Source: Hypanus sabinus (Eukaryota). From it: 64,000 nt of DNA. Positions within the stretch are counted from its first letter, which is position 1. Every line of letters starts with the position of its first letter. The translations under genes were made by a program, and so were the position numbers. The notes beneath the pieces are model-generated. The model made no database searches. It saw nothing but the letters and a program-made list of their open reading frames with translations, and was not told the DNA's origin. Where the stretch lies: assembly GCF_030144855.1 (NCBI RefSeq), contig NC_082718.1, positions 18,786,001 through 18,850,000 of the forward strand, given 5' to 3'. Of this stretch, positions 35,403-47,100 are shown piece after piece.

Positions 35403-38370
35403 AATAAGACCATAAGAAATAGGAACAGAAGTAGGCCATTTGGCCCATCGACTCTGTTCCACCATTTAATCATGGGCTGATCCAATTCTTCCAGTCATCC
35501 CCACTCCCCTGCCTTCTCCCCATGCCCTTCGATGCCCTGGTTAATCAAGGATCTATCTATCTCAGCCTTAAATGCACCCAATGACTTGGCCTCCACAGCT
35601 GGCCATGGCAACAAATTCCACAGATTTACCACCCTCTCCGGAGAAATTTCTCCGCATCTCTGTTCTAAATGGACGTCCTTCAATCCTGAAGTTGTGCCCC
35701 CTTGTTCTAGACTCCCCTACAATGGGAAATAACTTCATCACATCTAATCTGTTCAGGCCTTTTAACATTCGGAATGTTTCTATGAGATCCCCCCTCATTC
35801 TCCTGAACTCCAGAGAATTCAGTCCAAGAGCTGCCAGACTTTCCTCATACAGTAACCCTTTCATTCCTGGAATCATTCTCGTGAATCTTCTCTGAAACCT
35901 CTCCAATGTCAGTAAATCCTTCTAAAATAAGGAGCCCAAAACTGCAAACAATATACCAAGTGTGGTCTCATGAGTGAATTATAGAGCCGCAACATCACAT
36001 CCATGTTCTTATATTCTATACCTCTAGAAATGAATCCCAACATTGCATTTGCCTTCTTCACAATCGACTCCAACTGGAGGTTAACCTTTAGGGTATCCTG
36101 CACAAGGGCTCCCAAGTCCCTTTGCATCTCTGTATTTTGAATTGTCTCCCTATCTAAATGATAGTCTGCCTGTTTATTTCTTCCACCAAAGTGCATGACC
36201 ATACATTTTCCAACATTGTATTTCATTTGCCACTTCTTTGCCCATTCCCCTAAACTATCTAAGACTCTCTGCAGGCTCTCTGTATCCGCAACACTACCCA
36301 CTCCTCTACCTATTTTTGAATCATCGGCAAATTTAGCCACAAATCCATTAATCCCATAGTCTGAATGATTGACAAACATTGTAAAAAGCAGTGGTCCCAA
36401 CACTGAATCTGCGGAACTCCACTGGTATCCAGCCAGCCAGAATAGAATCCCTTTATTCCCACTTCCTGTTTTCTGCCGATCAGCCAATGCTCCACCCATG
36501 CTAGTTACTCCCCTGTAATTTCATGGGCTCTTATCTTGCTAAGCAACCTCATGTGTGGCACTTGTCAAAAGCCTTCTGAAAATCCAAGTACACCACATCT
36601 ACTGCATCTCCTTTGTCTACCCTGCTTGTAGTTTCCTCAAAATTTGCGGTAGGTTAGTCAGGCAGGATTTTCCTTTCAGGAAACCATGCTGGCTTTGGCC
36701 GATCTTGTTATGTGCCTCCAGGTACTCCGTAATCTCATCCCTAACAATGGATTCCAACAACTTTCCAACCACCAATGTCAGGCTAACAGCTCTATAGTTT
36801 CCTTTCTGCTGCCTCAAATAGCAGGAGCAACATTTGCAATTTTCCAGTCATCCGGTACAATGCCAGAATCTATTGATTCTTGAAAGATCATTGTTAATGC
36901 CTCCACAATCTCTCCAGCTACTTCATTCAGAACCCAAGGGTGCATTCCATCAGGTCCAGGAGATTTATCCACCCTCAGACAATTAAGCTTCCTGAGCACG
37001 TTCTCAGCCATAATTTTTACTGCACATACTTCACCTCCCTGACACACTTGAATGTCCGGTATACTGCAGACGTCTTCCACTGTAAAGACTGATGCAAAAT
37101 ACGCTTGCAGTTCCTCTGCTATCTCTGTGTCTCTCATTACTATATCTCCAGCTTCATACTCTATTGGTCCTATATCTACCCTCAGCTCTCTTTTACCCTT
37201 TATGTACTTAAAAAAGCTTTTAGTATCTTCTTTGATGTTACTCACCAGCTTCCTTTCATAATTCATCTTTTCCTTCCTAATGACCTTCTTAGTTTCCTTC
37301 TGCAAATTTTTAAAAGCTTCCCAATCCTCTATCATCCCATTGACTTTGGCTTCCTTGTATGCCCTCTCTTTTGCTTTTACTTTGGCTCTGATTTCACTTG
37401 TCAACCACAGTAGCGTCCTTCTTCCCTTTGAAATTTTTTTCTTATTTGGAATATATCTGTCTTGGACTTCCCACATTTTTCACAGAAACTCCAGCCACTG
37501 CTGCACTGCTGTCCTTCCTGCAAATGTCCCTTTCTAGTCAACCTTGGCCAGTTCCCCCCTCATGCCATTGTAATTTCCTTTATTCTACTGAAATACTGGC
37601 ACATTGGAATTTAGTTTCTCCTTCTCAAATTTCAAAGTGAACTCGATCATATTGTGATCTTTGTGCCCCAAGGGTTCCTTAACCTTAAGCTCTATTTATC
37701 ACCTCCAGATCATTACACAATACCAAATCCATCACAACTGATCCCCTAGTGGGCTCAAGAACAAGCTGTTCTAAAATTCTCTCTTGAGGTTCGGTACTGG
37801 CCTGGTTCTCCCAATCCACTTCCATGTTAAAATCCCCAACGATTATCATGATATTGCCCTCCTGACATGCCTTTTCTATCTCCAGCTGAATTTGTAATCC
37901 ACATCCCGGCTGCTGTTTGGAGGCCTGTATACAACTGCCATTAGGGTTCTTTTACCCTTGCCATTTCTTAACTCAACCCACAGAGACTCTACACCTTCCA
38001 ATCCTATGTCATCCCTTTCTAATGATTATACGCGGGGCCACACCACCCCCAGCCTACTAACCTGTCTTTCCAATACACCATATATCCTTGGACATTCAGC
38101 TCCCAATGGCAGCCATCCTTTAGCCAAGTTTCAGAGATGGCCACAATGTCATACTTACCAATCTGCAGCTGAATTTCAAGACCGTCCATTTTATTTCTTA
38201 TGCTGCTTACATTCAAATACAGCACCTTCAGTCCAGAATGTGTTGCTTTCTGTTTTAACTGCAGCACGTTTCTAATGGCTTGTAACTCATTCCACTGGTT
38301 GTGATTATGCTTCATCTCCTGCCTGTCCTTTCTACCATCTCTGTGGCATGCTATCTTTGATTTATTTCTG
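35403..38370 (-). mobile_element. Near-complete CR1 ORF2 (endonuclease plus RT) pseudogene with 3' end
   Basis: LKVLYLNVSSIRNK...YDIVAISETWL (APE endonuclease); RVDKSPGPDGMHP...VPDDWKIANV; GNYRAVSLT...SQHGFLKGKSCLTNL; VAKFADDSKIG...WAKKWQMKYNVGKC; ERFQRRFTRMIPG...RRMRGDLIE...TRGH. Broken by frameshifts and deletions. Confidence 0.96.
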
Positions 38371-38756
38371 TACAACAGTATACTACAGCACTGTTAGGAG
38401 GAGGAGGAGAGTTTATAATCCTCTGCATTAAGCAAATGTAAAGCCAATAATGATCCAACTTTTAATCATTACACCTTCAACACAATGAATCACCAGCAAT
38501 ATTGCACACCCAACTTTCAGTACATTGTTAACAGTAGGAAAATAATGGAACGTGTCATTCATTATTACCATCTGCAATAGAGCATATCACCAGGTTAAAA
38601 TATGCTTTTGAAATAGGCAGCAATTGAAGTGGTGTAATCAATCATAAGAGTTCCGGAAAAAAAGATTTTGAAATCAAAATCAAAGACTCACTCATCCTTG
38701 TGAGCCTATGAAATTGCAAGTTTAATGATGAAGGTATGTTCTGAAATGGTTTTGCT

Positions 38757-38930
38757 GTTAAAAGCAGAAATTTCTAGAAACATGGAGTGGGTGAGAAACA
38801 CCTCTAGAAAGAGAACCCCGAGCTAATGGTAAATATTAACTTTCCACAGGTACTGTCTGACCTGCGAAGCGTTTCCAGCATGTCTTGTTTTTATTTTAGA
38901 TCTCCAGCGTCTTAAGTTGTTTTGATTTTC
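38757..38930. mobile_element. Short inverted pair of decayed Penelope terminal units
   Basis: aaagcagaaatttctagaaaca... faces ...gtttccagcatgtcttgtttttattttagatctccagc. Confidence 0.4.
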
Positions 38931-39984
38931 ACCATTATTGTTTTGATATAGTTTATATGAAAGAATCAGGAATATCATGACTTTAACAATTCTGCTTTTT
39001 CTTCAAGATGCGGAAAGCCACTGAATGTCAGATTGTTTAAAAATAAATTTAATTGGTGAATTATATAAGGAAATTTACTTTGAAGAACAATGAAAATATA
39101 ACAATATATGCATCAAATCTCCAATAGCAATTTAAGCCTTTCAGATAGCCAAAATATATTTTCATTTAATTAGCATATTCCAGATGTAAAATGCATTTGG
39201 CTATCAGAAAATTTATGAGTATTTCATATTATATTGAAAAAGCTAAGTCAGATGAATGAAAGGGAGATTATTTTTGGCATGAATCCAGGTTTCTGTAGCA
39301 AACACAAGTCTTATTACAATGTTTTCCGATTCAATTAAAGAATATCTTCTTACCGTTCTAATATACTACAAACCTAATTGTTAAATATCAAACTTTAAAC
39401 TTTAAGTGTTTATGGTTAAATTCTCGTTTTATCCCATGAATTATTTCTTTTATATTGTTTAGTAAAAGTAGCAACATTAGATTTTACAAAGAATAATCTT
39501 CTACTTTATAACATGAAATACTCAAGGTAAATTGGTATTTTATTGCAGCTGAATAACAGATTTGAAGCCACTTTCTACACTACCTGATGTTCTCTTGCCA
39601 TTGTAGAGTTAGAGTCATACAGCATAGAAACAGATCCTTTGGCACAATTGGTCCATGCCAACCATTATGGAGGCAAAATTGGACAGGCTGTAAAACAATA
39701 TGATATGCTTCAGTTGTTTGTATTATGATCAAAGAGGATTTTGCTCCCAGACAAGTAAAAAAAAAGACAACTCTGAAGATCTCTTTTACTCTATTGCTCT
39801 GTTATTATTCTATATGATTTCCCCTTTAGAAGAGGCAAAGTTTTATCTTGCTGTTTTATTAATAAACAGAGCATAACTTTACCACAGAAGGGAATAGTCA
39901 AGAAGGCCACCATTTCAATCGCGGATTCTCTCCAATAAAAACTGAGTACCTGAGGCCCTTTAAAGTAGGATGTAGTTTAAAGGC

Positions 39985-41675
39985 AGGTAAGTATGGGCCA
40001 GTTATGGGCCACTGTAGTGGGGAAAATGCTTGAAGCTTAAGGGAGAAATGGTGTGGCATCTAGATGGAAATGGTTCCATAAGGCAGACAGTATGGATTCA
40101 GGAATGGCAAACTTTCTGGAGTTTTTTAAAGGTAAACAGTGTTGTGGATATGGGGTAACGTGAATGCTGTCTACTTAGATTTCTAGAAGGCATTTGAACA
40201 TTGGCTTTTAAAAAGATAAAGTTGCGTGGAGAGATGATTGGTTAGCTAATAGAAGGCAGAGAGTTGGGATAAATGGGAGTTTCCCTGGTTGGGAATCAGT
40301 GGTGAGTGGAGTACCACAGACCGGAGCTACACACGCACTGTTCATGATACACTTGAACAATTTGGAAGATGGGACCTAATGTCAGTTTGCTGATGACAGT
40401 AAATTGAGTGGAAGAGCAAATTGTGCAGAGGATGTGGAGAGATATAGATAGGTTAGTTGATTGGGCAAAGGTCTGGCAGATGGAGTACGATGCTATTAAA
40501 AGTGGGGTCATCAACTTTGGAAGGAGAAATTGTTATTTAAATGGTCAAAGATTGCAGCAAACTGTTGTACAGAGGGACTTGGGAGTGCTTGTGCATGAAT
40601 TGCAAAAGGTTGGCTTGCAGGTGTAACAGGTGATCAATAAGGCAGATGGAATGTTGGTCTTCTGGATGGATTGAACGTTTTGGAGCAGGGATGTGATGCT
40701 GCAACTGTACGGGGTACTAGTGAGTCCACCCCTGGAGTACTGCATGCTCTTACTTGAGCTTTGGAGGTGGTGCAGAGGGGGTTCATGCAGGACATGAAGG
40801 GGTTAGCCTATAAGAAGAGACTGAGTTGCCTGGAGCTTCTCCGCTCACTGGAATTCAGAAGAATGAACGGTGATCTTATAGAAACATATGAAATTACGAA
40901 AGGGAAGATAAGATAGAGGCAGGAAAGTTGTTTCCACCCCTAGGTGAAACAAGATTTGGGAGAGTAGATTTAGGCCGTGATTTTGATTTAGAGATGAGGA
41001 GGAACTACGTTTCCCACAGAGTAGTGAAACTGTGAAATTCTCTGCCCAGGGCAACAGGAGGTAAACTCAGTGGCCACTTTCTTCGGTATAGGAGTGGAAC
41101 CCACTGTGGTCTTCTGCTGCACTTCCAGGTTCGATGTATTGTGCGTTCAGTGATTCTGTTGTAGTGTGTGGTTATTCGAGTTACTGCCACCTTCCTGTCA
41201 GCTTGAACTCATCTCGCCATTCTCCTCTCACCGCTCTCATTCATAGAACTGCCAGTCAGTGGATGTTTTTTTGTTTCTTGTACCTTTCTCTGTAAATGCA
41301 TTCCAGAGCCTGTTGTGCGTGAAAATCCCAGCAGATCAGCAGTTTCTGAGATAATCAAACTACCCCATCTGGCACCAACAATCAAAGTCACTTAGATCAC
41401 ATTTCTTCTCCATTCTTATGTTTGGTCTGGATGACAACTGAACCTCTTGCTCATGTATGTATTGAGTTGCTGCCACATGATTGGCTGATTAGATATTTGC
41501 ATGAAGGAGAGGGTGTACAGGTGGACTTAATAAAGTGACTACTGAGTGCAGATATTTGTCTTGTAGGGAAATTAAGGGTTATAGGGAAAAGGCAGTTTGG
41601 TGGAGGTGAGTGGATGTCCGTGATCTTTTGAATGAGCTGGATGGTCTACTTATGCTCCTATTTCTTATGTTCTTA
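39985..41675 (+). mobile_element. CR1 LINE RT 3' remnant split by a Tc1 element
   Basis: LVDWAKVWQMEY...VQRDLGVLVHE (40408-40626), tttgctgatgac (FADD), terminal ttcttatgttcttatg. Confidence 0.9.
41064..41548 (-). mobile_element. Tc1-like DNA transposon deletion derivative with both TIRs
   Basis: TA|AACTCAGTGGCCACTTT ... AAAGTGACTACTGAGTG|CA. Minus-strand IVGARWGSLIISETADLLGFSRTT is a Tc1 transposase N-terminal HTH. The DDE domain is absent. Confidence 0.88.
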
Positions 41676-42061
41676 TGAGTACTTTGCTCTTAATGTTGGA
41701 ATATACCCTTGATCTCTTTTCAGTTCAAAGTTTGAAATAAATTTATCATCCAAATATGTCACCATATTCAACTCTGAGATTCGTTTTCTTGTGGGCATGC
41801 AGGTGTATAAGACCTTATTGAACAATTTGTAGCTCAGAAAGTATTTGGAAGATATTGTAGGTCTATTGTTGTAATTGAATACAATCTTAGACAAGCAAAA
41901 CTAAATAATGGAGCATACTTTCCTAGCATAGGTTACACTACTTATCAGTGAAAAGGATCAATTATCTCATAAAAAATGCAACAGGTTCCACAAATTGGTG
42001 GATCATCTTATTGCTGCAGTGAGTTAATGATTATGCATTGTTCCTTGAATACAGCATAATT

Positions 42062-43280
42062 AATCAGAATCAGGTTTAATATCACCAGTATATGCCGTGA
42101 AATGTGTTAACTTAGCGGCAACAGTACAATGCAATACATGGTAATATAGAGAGAAAAATAAGCAAATCAGTAAATCGTTATTGTGTGTGTGTGTGTGTGT
42201 GTGTGTGTCTATATATATAAAATTAAGATGGTGCTAAAATAGAAATATTATTAAAAAAAAGTGAGATAGTGTCCAAGGGTTTAATGTCCACTTAGGAATC
42301 AGATGGCAGAGGGAAAGAAGCCTTCAGGGTTCTGTACCTCCTTCCGAATGGTAACAATGAGAAGAGGGCACGTCCTGGGTGATGGGGATCCTTAATAATG
42401 GGCATCGCTTTTCTGAGGCACCGCTCCTTGAAGATGTCTTGGACACTACGGCAGAGGCAAGAACCCAAGATAGGACTGACTAATTCTACAACTTTCTGTA
42501 GCTTCTTTCGATCCTGAGTAGTAACACCCCCCCCCCCCCAAACCACCCATACCAGACAGAGATGCAGCCTGCCAGAATACTCTCCAAGGCACATCTGTAG
42601 GAGTCTTCCAATGCTTTAGGTTACAAACCAAATCTCCTCAAACTACTAATGAAGTATAGCCGCTGTCTCGCCGCCTTTATATCGATATGTTGGGACCAGG
42701 TTAGATCCTCAGAGATCTTGACACCCAGAAACTTGAAATTGCTCACTCTCTCCATGTCTCTATGAGGATTGGTATGTGTTCCCTTGTCTTACCCTTCCAG
42801 AAGGCCACAATCAGCTCTTTGCTCTTACTGACATTGAATGCATGGTTGTTGCTGCAACACCACTCAACTAATTGGTATATCTGACTCCTGTATGCCCTCT
42901 TGTCTCCATCTGACACTCTGCCAACAATGGTTGCATTATCAGCAACGTTGTAGATGACATTTGAGCTATACCTAGCCACACAGTCATGGTTATAGAGAGA
43001 ATAGAGCTGGGGGCTAATCACACACCCCTGAGGTGCGCCAGTGCCAGTGAGGAGTGATATTATTACCAATCCACAGATAGTGGTCTTCCGGTTAGGAAGT
43101 CAAGGATTCAATTGCAGAGGGTGGTACAGAGGCCCAGGTTCTGTAGCTTGTCAATCAGGACTATGGAACGATGGTGTTAAATGCTGAGCTATGTCAACAA
43201 GCAGCAACCTGACATAAGTGTTTGTATTGTCCAGGTGAGCTAAGGCCGTGTGACGAGCCATTGTGATTCAGCCTGTTGTA
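42062..43280 (-). mobile_element. Rex1/Babar LINE, 5'-truncated
   Basis: TGAPQGCVISPQLYSLYNHDCVARYSSNVIYNVADNATIVG...WCCSNNHAFNVSKSKELIV; IIKDPHHPGRALFSLLPFGRRYR. Same subfamily tail as 33372-34150. Confidence 0.92.
42182..42208. repeat. (TG)13 microsatellite within Rex 3' UTR
   Basis: Read directly from the sequence. Confidence 0.95.
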
Positions 43281-43575
43281 GATCTATTGTGGCAGTTGTT
43301 CACTGAATTTAGTAAGTAAGCTCTTCATGTTGGTCTCAATAAGATCATGGAGCACTTGATGGAAAGAAAATCTATACAAATATAGGGAAAGAACAGGGGT
43401 GTGAGATTAGTTTCTTCGTTCAACCAGTCCAGCATTGGTACAAAAGGTCATGTTCTGTGCTGGATTGTTGGACAGCAGTGCCAACGATAATTGATCTTTT
43501 TTGCTGTTCTTGTAAGATGAATATAAAATCCTACAAAAGGTTGTTTGAATGGAAAACTCAACAAAAAGTAGTGGA

Positions 43576-43674
43576 ACAACACACACAAAATGCTGGAGGA
43601 ACACAGCAGGCCAGGCAACATCTATAAGGAGAAGCATTGTCGACGTTCCGGGCCGAGACCTTTCGTCAGGACTC
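43576..43674 (-). mobile_element. Penelope terminal unit with best-preserved minimal hammerhead motif
   Basis: Minus strand GTC-CTGACGA-A-AGGTCTCGGCCC-GGA-ACGT-C-GAC. CpGs are retained. Confidence 0.8.
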
Positions 43675-43744
43675 AAAAAGTAGTGGATACAGCTCAGTGA
43701 ATCGCAGATAAAGCCCTCCCCACCATTAAGCACATCTACATGCT

Positions 43745-44526
43745 GGCCGAGCCTGAGGGTTACATACTTCTAATGTCTTTTTTTTTTCTCTTTTCAAGGT
43801 GGTTGGGTGCTATCAATGCCCTTGACCTGCACTCAGACTGTGGTTCTTTACAATGATTGGACCTGCTCCCAGGGCTCACTGACCAGTTGTTTCTCAATAT
43901 CCCAAGGACACGGCCTAAAGAACGAGTGCGCCTTCGGGATGCTGAGGCTTTGCAGTTCTGTGGACGAGCCGATTCTAAGCCAGTGCCACCAACTGAAGCG
44001 TCAAGGGAGAAAATGGAATATTGGGAACAGTGGATAAGCTGTCGGAGGTCTCGGTACTCGACGAACCCCTCTCTTTCTTTCTCTCATTGGTGGGGGATGG
44101 TTTGCTGCCAATTCTTGAGTCAGAAAATTTGGCAGATTTTAACACCATAAATCAGTGTCTTCTTCATTCTTGTTATCTCTGCTCTCACTGTGTGACATCT
44201 CTCTGCCCCTTATTAGCAAGAGAGAACTATGGCATCTTGAATTGGTTGGGTGAACAATTGTTTTTTCTGTATTGCAGGTCATGGTCTTTCTTGGGGGATT
44301 TGTTATTGCATGGGTGGTGCGTGCTGATGCTTTTTTGCAGGATAAGTGGGGGGAGGGGAAGGGTTGATGCTTTGCAAAGGGGAGAAGGGGGCTTTGGGGT
44401 TCTAACATTTTTTATTGTCATTCACTATTTGGGGTACTCTTCTGTTTTCATGGATGTCTGTGAAGAGCAAGAATTTGAGGTTATATATTGTATACATTCT
44501 CTGATATTAAGTAGAACTATAGAACT
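43745..44526 (+). mobile_element. Non-coding non-autonomous retroposon (family A), longer copy, inside a Rex 3' fragment (43675-43744 and 44527-44770)
   Basis: 3' half is shared with 20690-21035 and ends in a short tandem agaactatagaact. Rex sequence (aaagccctccccaccatt...; actttcaaggactcttcatctcatgttc) lies on both sides. Confidence 0.65.
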
Positions 44527-45479
44527 TCACTTGCCCCATCATTGAAATGTTCCCACCATGTATAGATTCACTTTCAAGGACTCTTCATCTCATGTTCTAG
44601 GTATTCATTGCTTATTTTTTAATGATTATTAGCTCGTTCTTTCTGGTGTTTGCACAGTTTGTTGTCTTTTGCACACTGCTTGAATGCCCAAGTTGGTGCG
44701 GCAAGAAGATGAATCTCAGGGTTGTATATGGTAACATATATGTACTTCGATAATAAAATTACTTGAACTTTATATTTAAACTGAAAAAAATTGAGCATTC
44801 ATTTATTTGTGCATCATATGAATAATAACTAATAATGTTGTCAATATTCAATCATTAGGATCAAAGTCAAAAAGAAACTTATTGGGTATCTACTTCACTG
44901 GAATATTCATCTAGTCACAGAAGCAGGTTCTTTGGCCCATCTAGTCTGATCTCCTCTCATCTACCTGTACCCAGACCAGAGATCTCCATTGTCGCTCAAC
45001 CATGTGCTTACTTAAGTATTACAATTTAGCCTGCGTCAACCACTTCCGCAGGCAGCTCATTCCACACTTGCACCACCCTTTGAGTGAAGAAATTCCCCTT
45101 AAATATTTCACCATTTACTCTTAATCTGTAACCTCCAGTTCCAGTCTCATCCAACATACTGTAAGTTGAAAAAGCCAGCTTGCATTTATCCTCATAGTTT
45201 TGTATACCTCTATCTTTCCCTATAGCTCAGATCCATAAGTCCCTGCAGCATCTTTGTAAATCTTCTCTGCACCCTTTCAAGCTTATTGATATCTTTCCTG
45301 TAGGCTGCTGATGGGAACTACACACAATACTCGAAATTCAGCCTCACTGACATTATATGCAACTTTAACATAACATCCCAACACCTATACTCAATATGAA
45401 GTCCAATATGGCAAAAGCTTTCCTTGCCACCCTATCTAGCTTTGATGCTAGGATCTCTGTTTCCAGACCCCTTCATTCT

Positions 45480-45572
45480 CGTTCTCTCTCTCCCTCTCTC
45501 TCCTCCCCCTCTCTCTCCCCCCACTTCTCTCCCTCTCTCTCTGTCTCCCTCTCTCCATCCCCCTCCCTCCAC
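45480..45572. repeat. CT-rich low-complexity tract
   Basis: Near-pure polypyrimidine run. Confidence 0.9.
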
Positions 45573-45688
45573 CATTTCCCAGCAGCCCATTCTGGGAACC
45601 TAACACTTATAGTGTAAATAAAATCTTGCCTCACACATCTTTCCCTCTCTCATCTTAAATGCATGTCCTCCAGTATTTGACTTTTCTA

Positions 45689-46289
45689 CCTGCATTTGAC
45701 TCCGACTAAGTGTCATACATTGTCTTTCGCCTCTCTTTTGGCCAGACGTGCAGTCCTTCTTAGGTGGAGAGATGCTGCCCCTCCCACCCATGCTCAATGG
45801 CTCAGAGACATTATGTCCTGCTTAGACCTTGAAAAGATTCATTATTCACTTCTTAATTCACATATAAAGTTCCAAAAGGTATGGAGACCTTTTCTAGAAT
45901 ATTTTCATAATGCCCATTTAGATTAAGGGTGCATCCCTTCCTTTTTTTCTTTTTGCATTTAAATCCCTTACTTCCAGCTTCTTGCAGTTAAGATCAATGT
46001 TTTTTTTGATGTATAAACATATTATAGTTTAGGTAGGAGGCAATATACCTTCTTTTTATAAATACAGCTCTGTGGTGATATGGTTCTGATTAATTTTTTT
46101 TATATCGTAAGGTTGGCTTGGAGTTGGGTACTGGGAAGGTGGGGTGGTACCTAACTTTATACGATTCTACTATGGGTGCTTTGCTTAATTGTAATGATTT
46201 GTACTTTGGCATGTTTCTTTGCACTCTTTTTTATTGTTTTTTTGTTTTCTTGCATTGTAAAAATTCATTAAAAAATTAATTTAAAAAAA
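45689..46289 (+). mobile_element. 5'-truncated L1-clade LINE (ORF2 C-terminus, 3' UTR, A-rich tail) with 10-bp TSD
   Basis: FASLLARRAVLLRWRDAAPPTHAQWLRDIMSCLDLEKIHY...KFQKVWRPFLEYF is typical of fish L1 ORF2 ends. GACTTTTCTA at 45679-45688 and 46290-46299. Confidence 0.9.
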
Positions 46290-46611
46290 GACTTTTCTAT
46301 CCTGGGAGAAAGATTTTGACAGCCTACCCTATCAATGCCTTTCATAATTTTAAAAACTTCTATCTGGCCTCCGACACTCGAGAGAAAACAACCCCTCCTT
46401 GTAGCCCCTATCCTCTAATCCAGGCAGCATTCCACACATTTCTAAAGCCTCCACATCCTTCCTGTAATGTGGTGATCAGAATTGCACACAATGCACCGAG
46501 TGCAGCCTAACAATATTATTATAGATATAGCTGCAACTTAACTTCCTAACTTTTATATTCAAAGCCCTAACTGGTGAAGGCAAGCAGTGGCTGGCAGCTG
46601 TCAGCCCTCAT

Positions 46612-47100
46612 AGAAATCATAGTCATACAGAATAGAAGCAGGCTATTTGGCTCATGATGTCCTTGATGACTACTGAGCATTTTTCTTTATTAGTCCCATA
46701 TTCTCTCACCTGCCACATATCCTTCTATGTCTAGGTGATTCTAGTGCTTGTGTAGACAATTCTTAAATGAGGTCACTAACTAACTCTGTTTCCACCACTC
46801 TCTCAAGCAGTGTGATCTAGCTACTCACAAGCCTCTGGGTGAGAAAGGTCCACTTTATATCCCTTCCGCATTTCTTACTGCATGGCGATGTCCCCTAGTT
46901 TTATCTACCTCTGATGTGGAGAAAGGTTTCCTGCAGTCTACCCCCTCTTTGCCTCTCATAATTTATTTCCACTCAATTATGTCCCCTTATAACCCCCTCC
47001 TCTCCAGGGAAAGCAGATCTATCTTCTCCAATCTCTTCTTATAACTGGAACACTCCATCCCAAGCTAACTCACTTGACTGTTTTCAGCCCTATCACATCT
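46612..47100 (-). mobile_element. Old CR1 3' fragment
   Basis: catagaaatcatagtcatacag terminal repeat and antisense C-terminal CR1 motifs (tgtcccctagtt, cctctcataattt). Confidence 0.6.

Larger units (their letters stand above)
44910..46590 (-). mobile_element. CR1 3' remnants (at least two), split by a CT-rich tract and an L1 fragment
   Basis: Antisense CR1 3' end at about 44910-45460. A second antisense piece at 45600-45688 resumes at 46290. Confidence 0.7.

Noticed and set aside
35568-38375. Possible active CR1 or a domesticated reverse transcriptase
   Set aside because: ORF2 is split over at least six ORFs by frameshifts and deletions, and ORF1 is missing.
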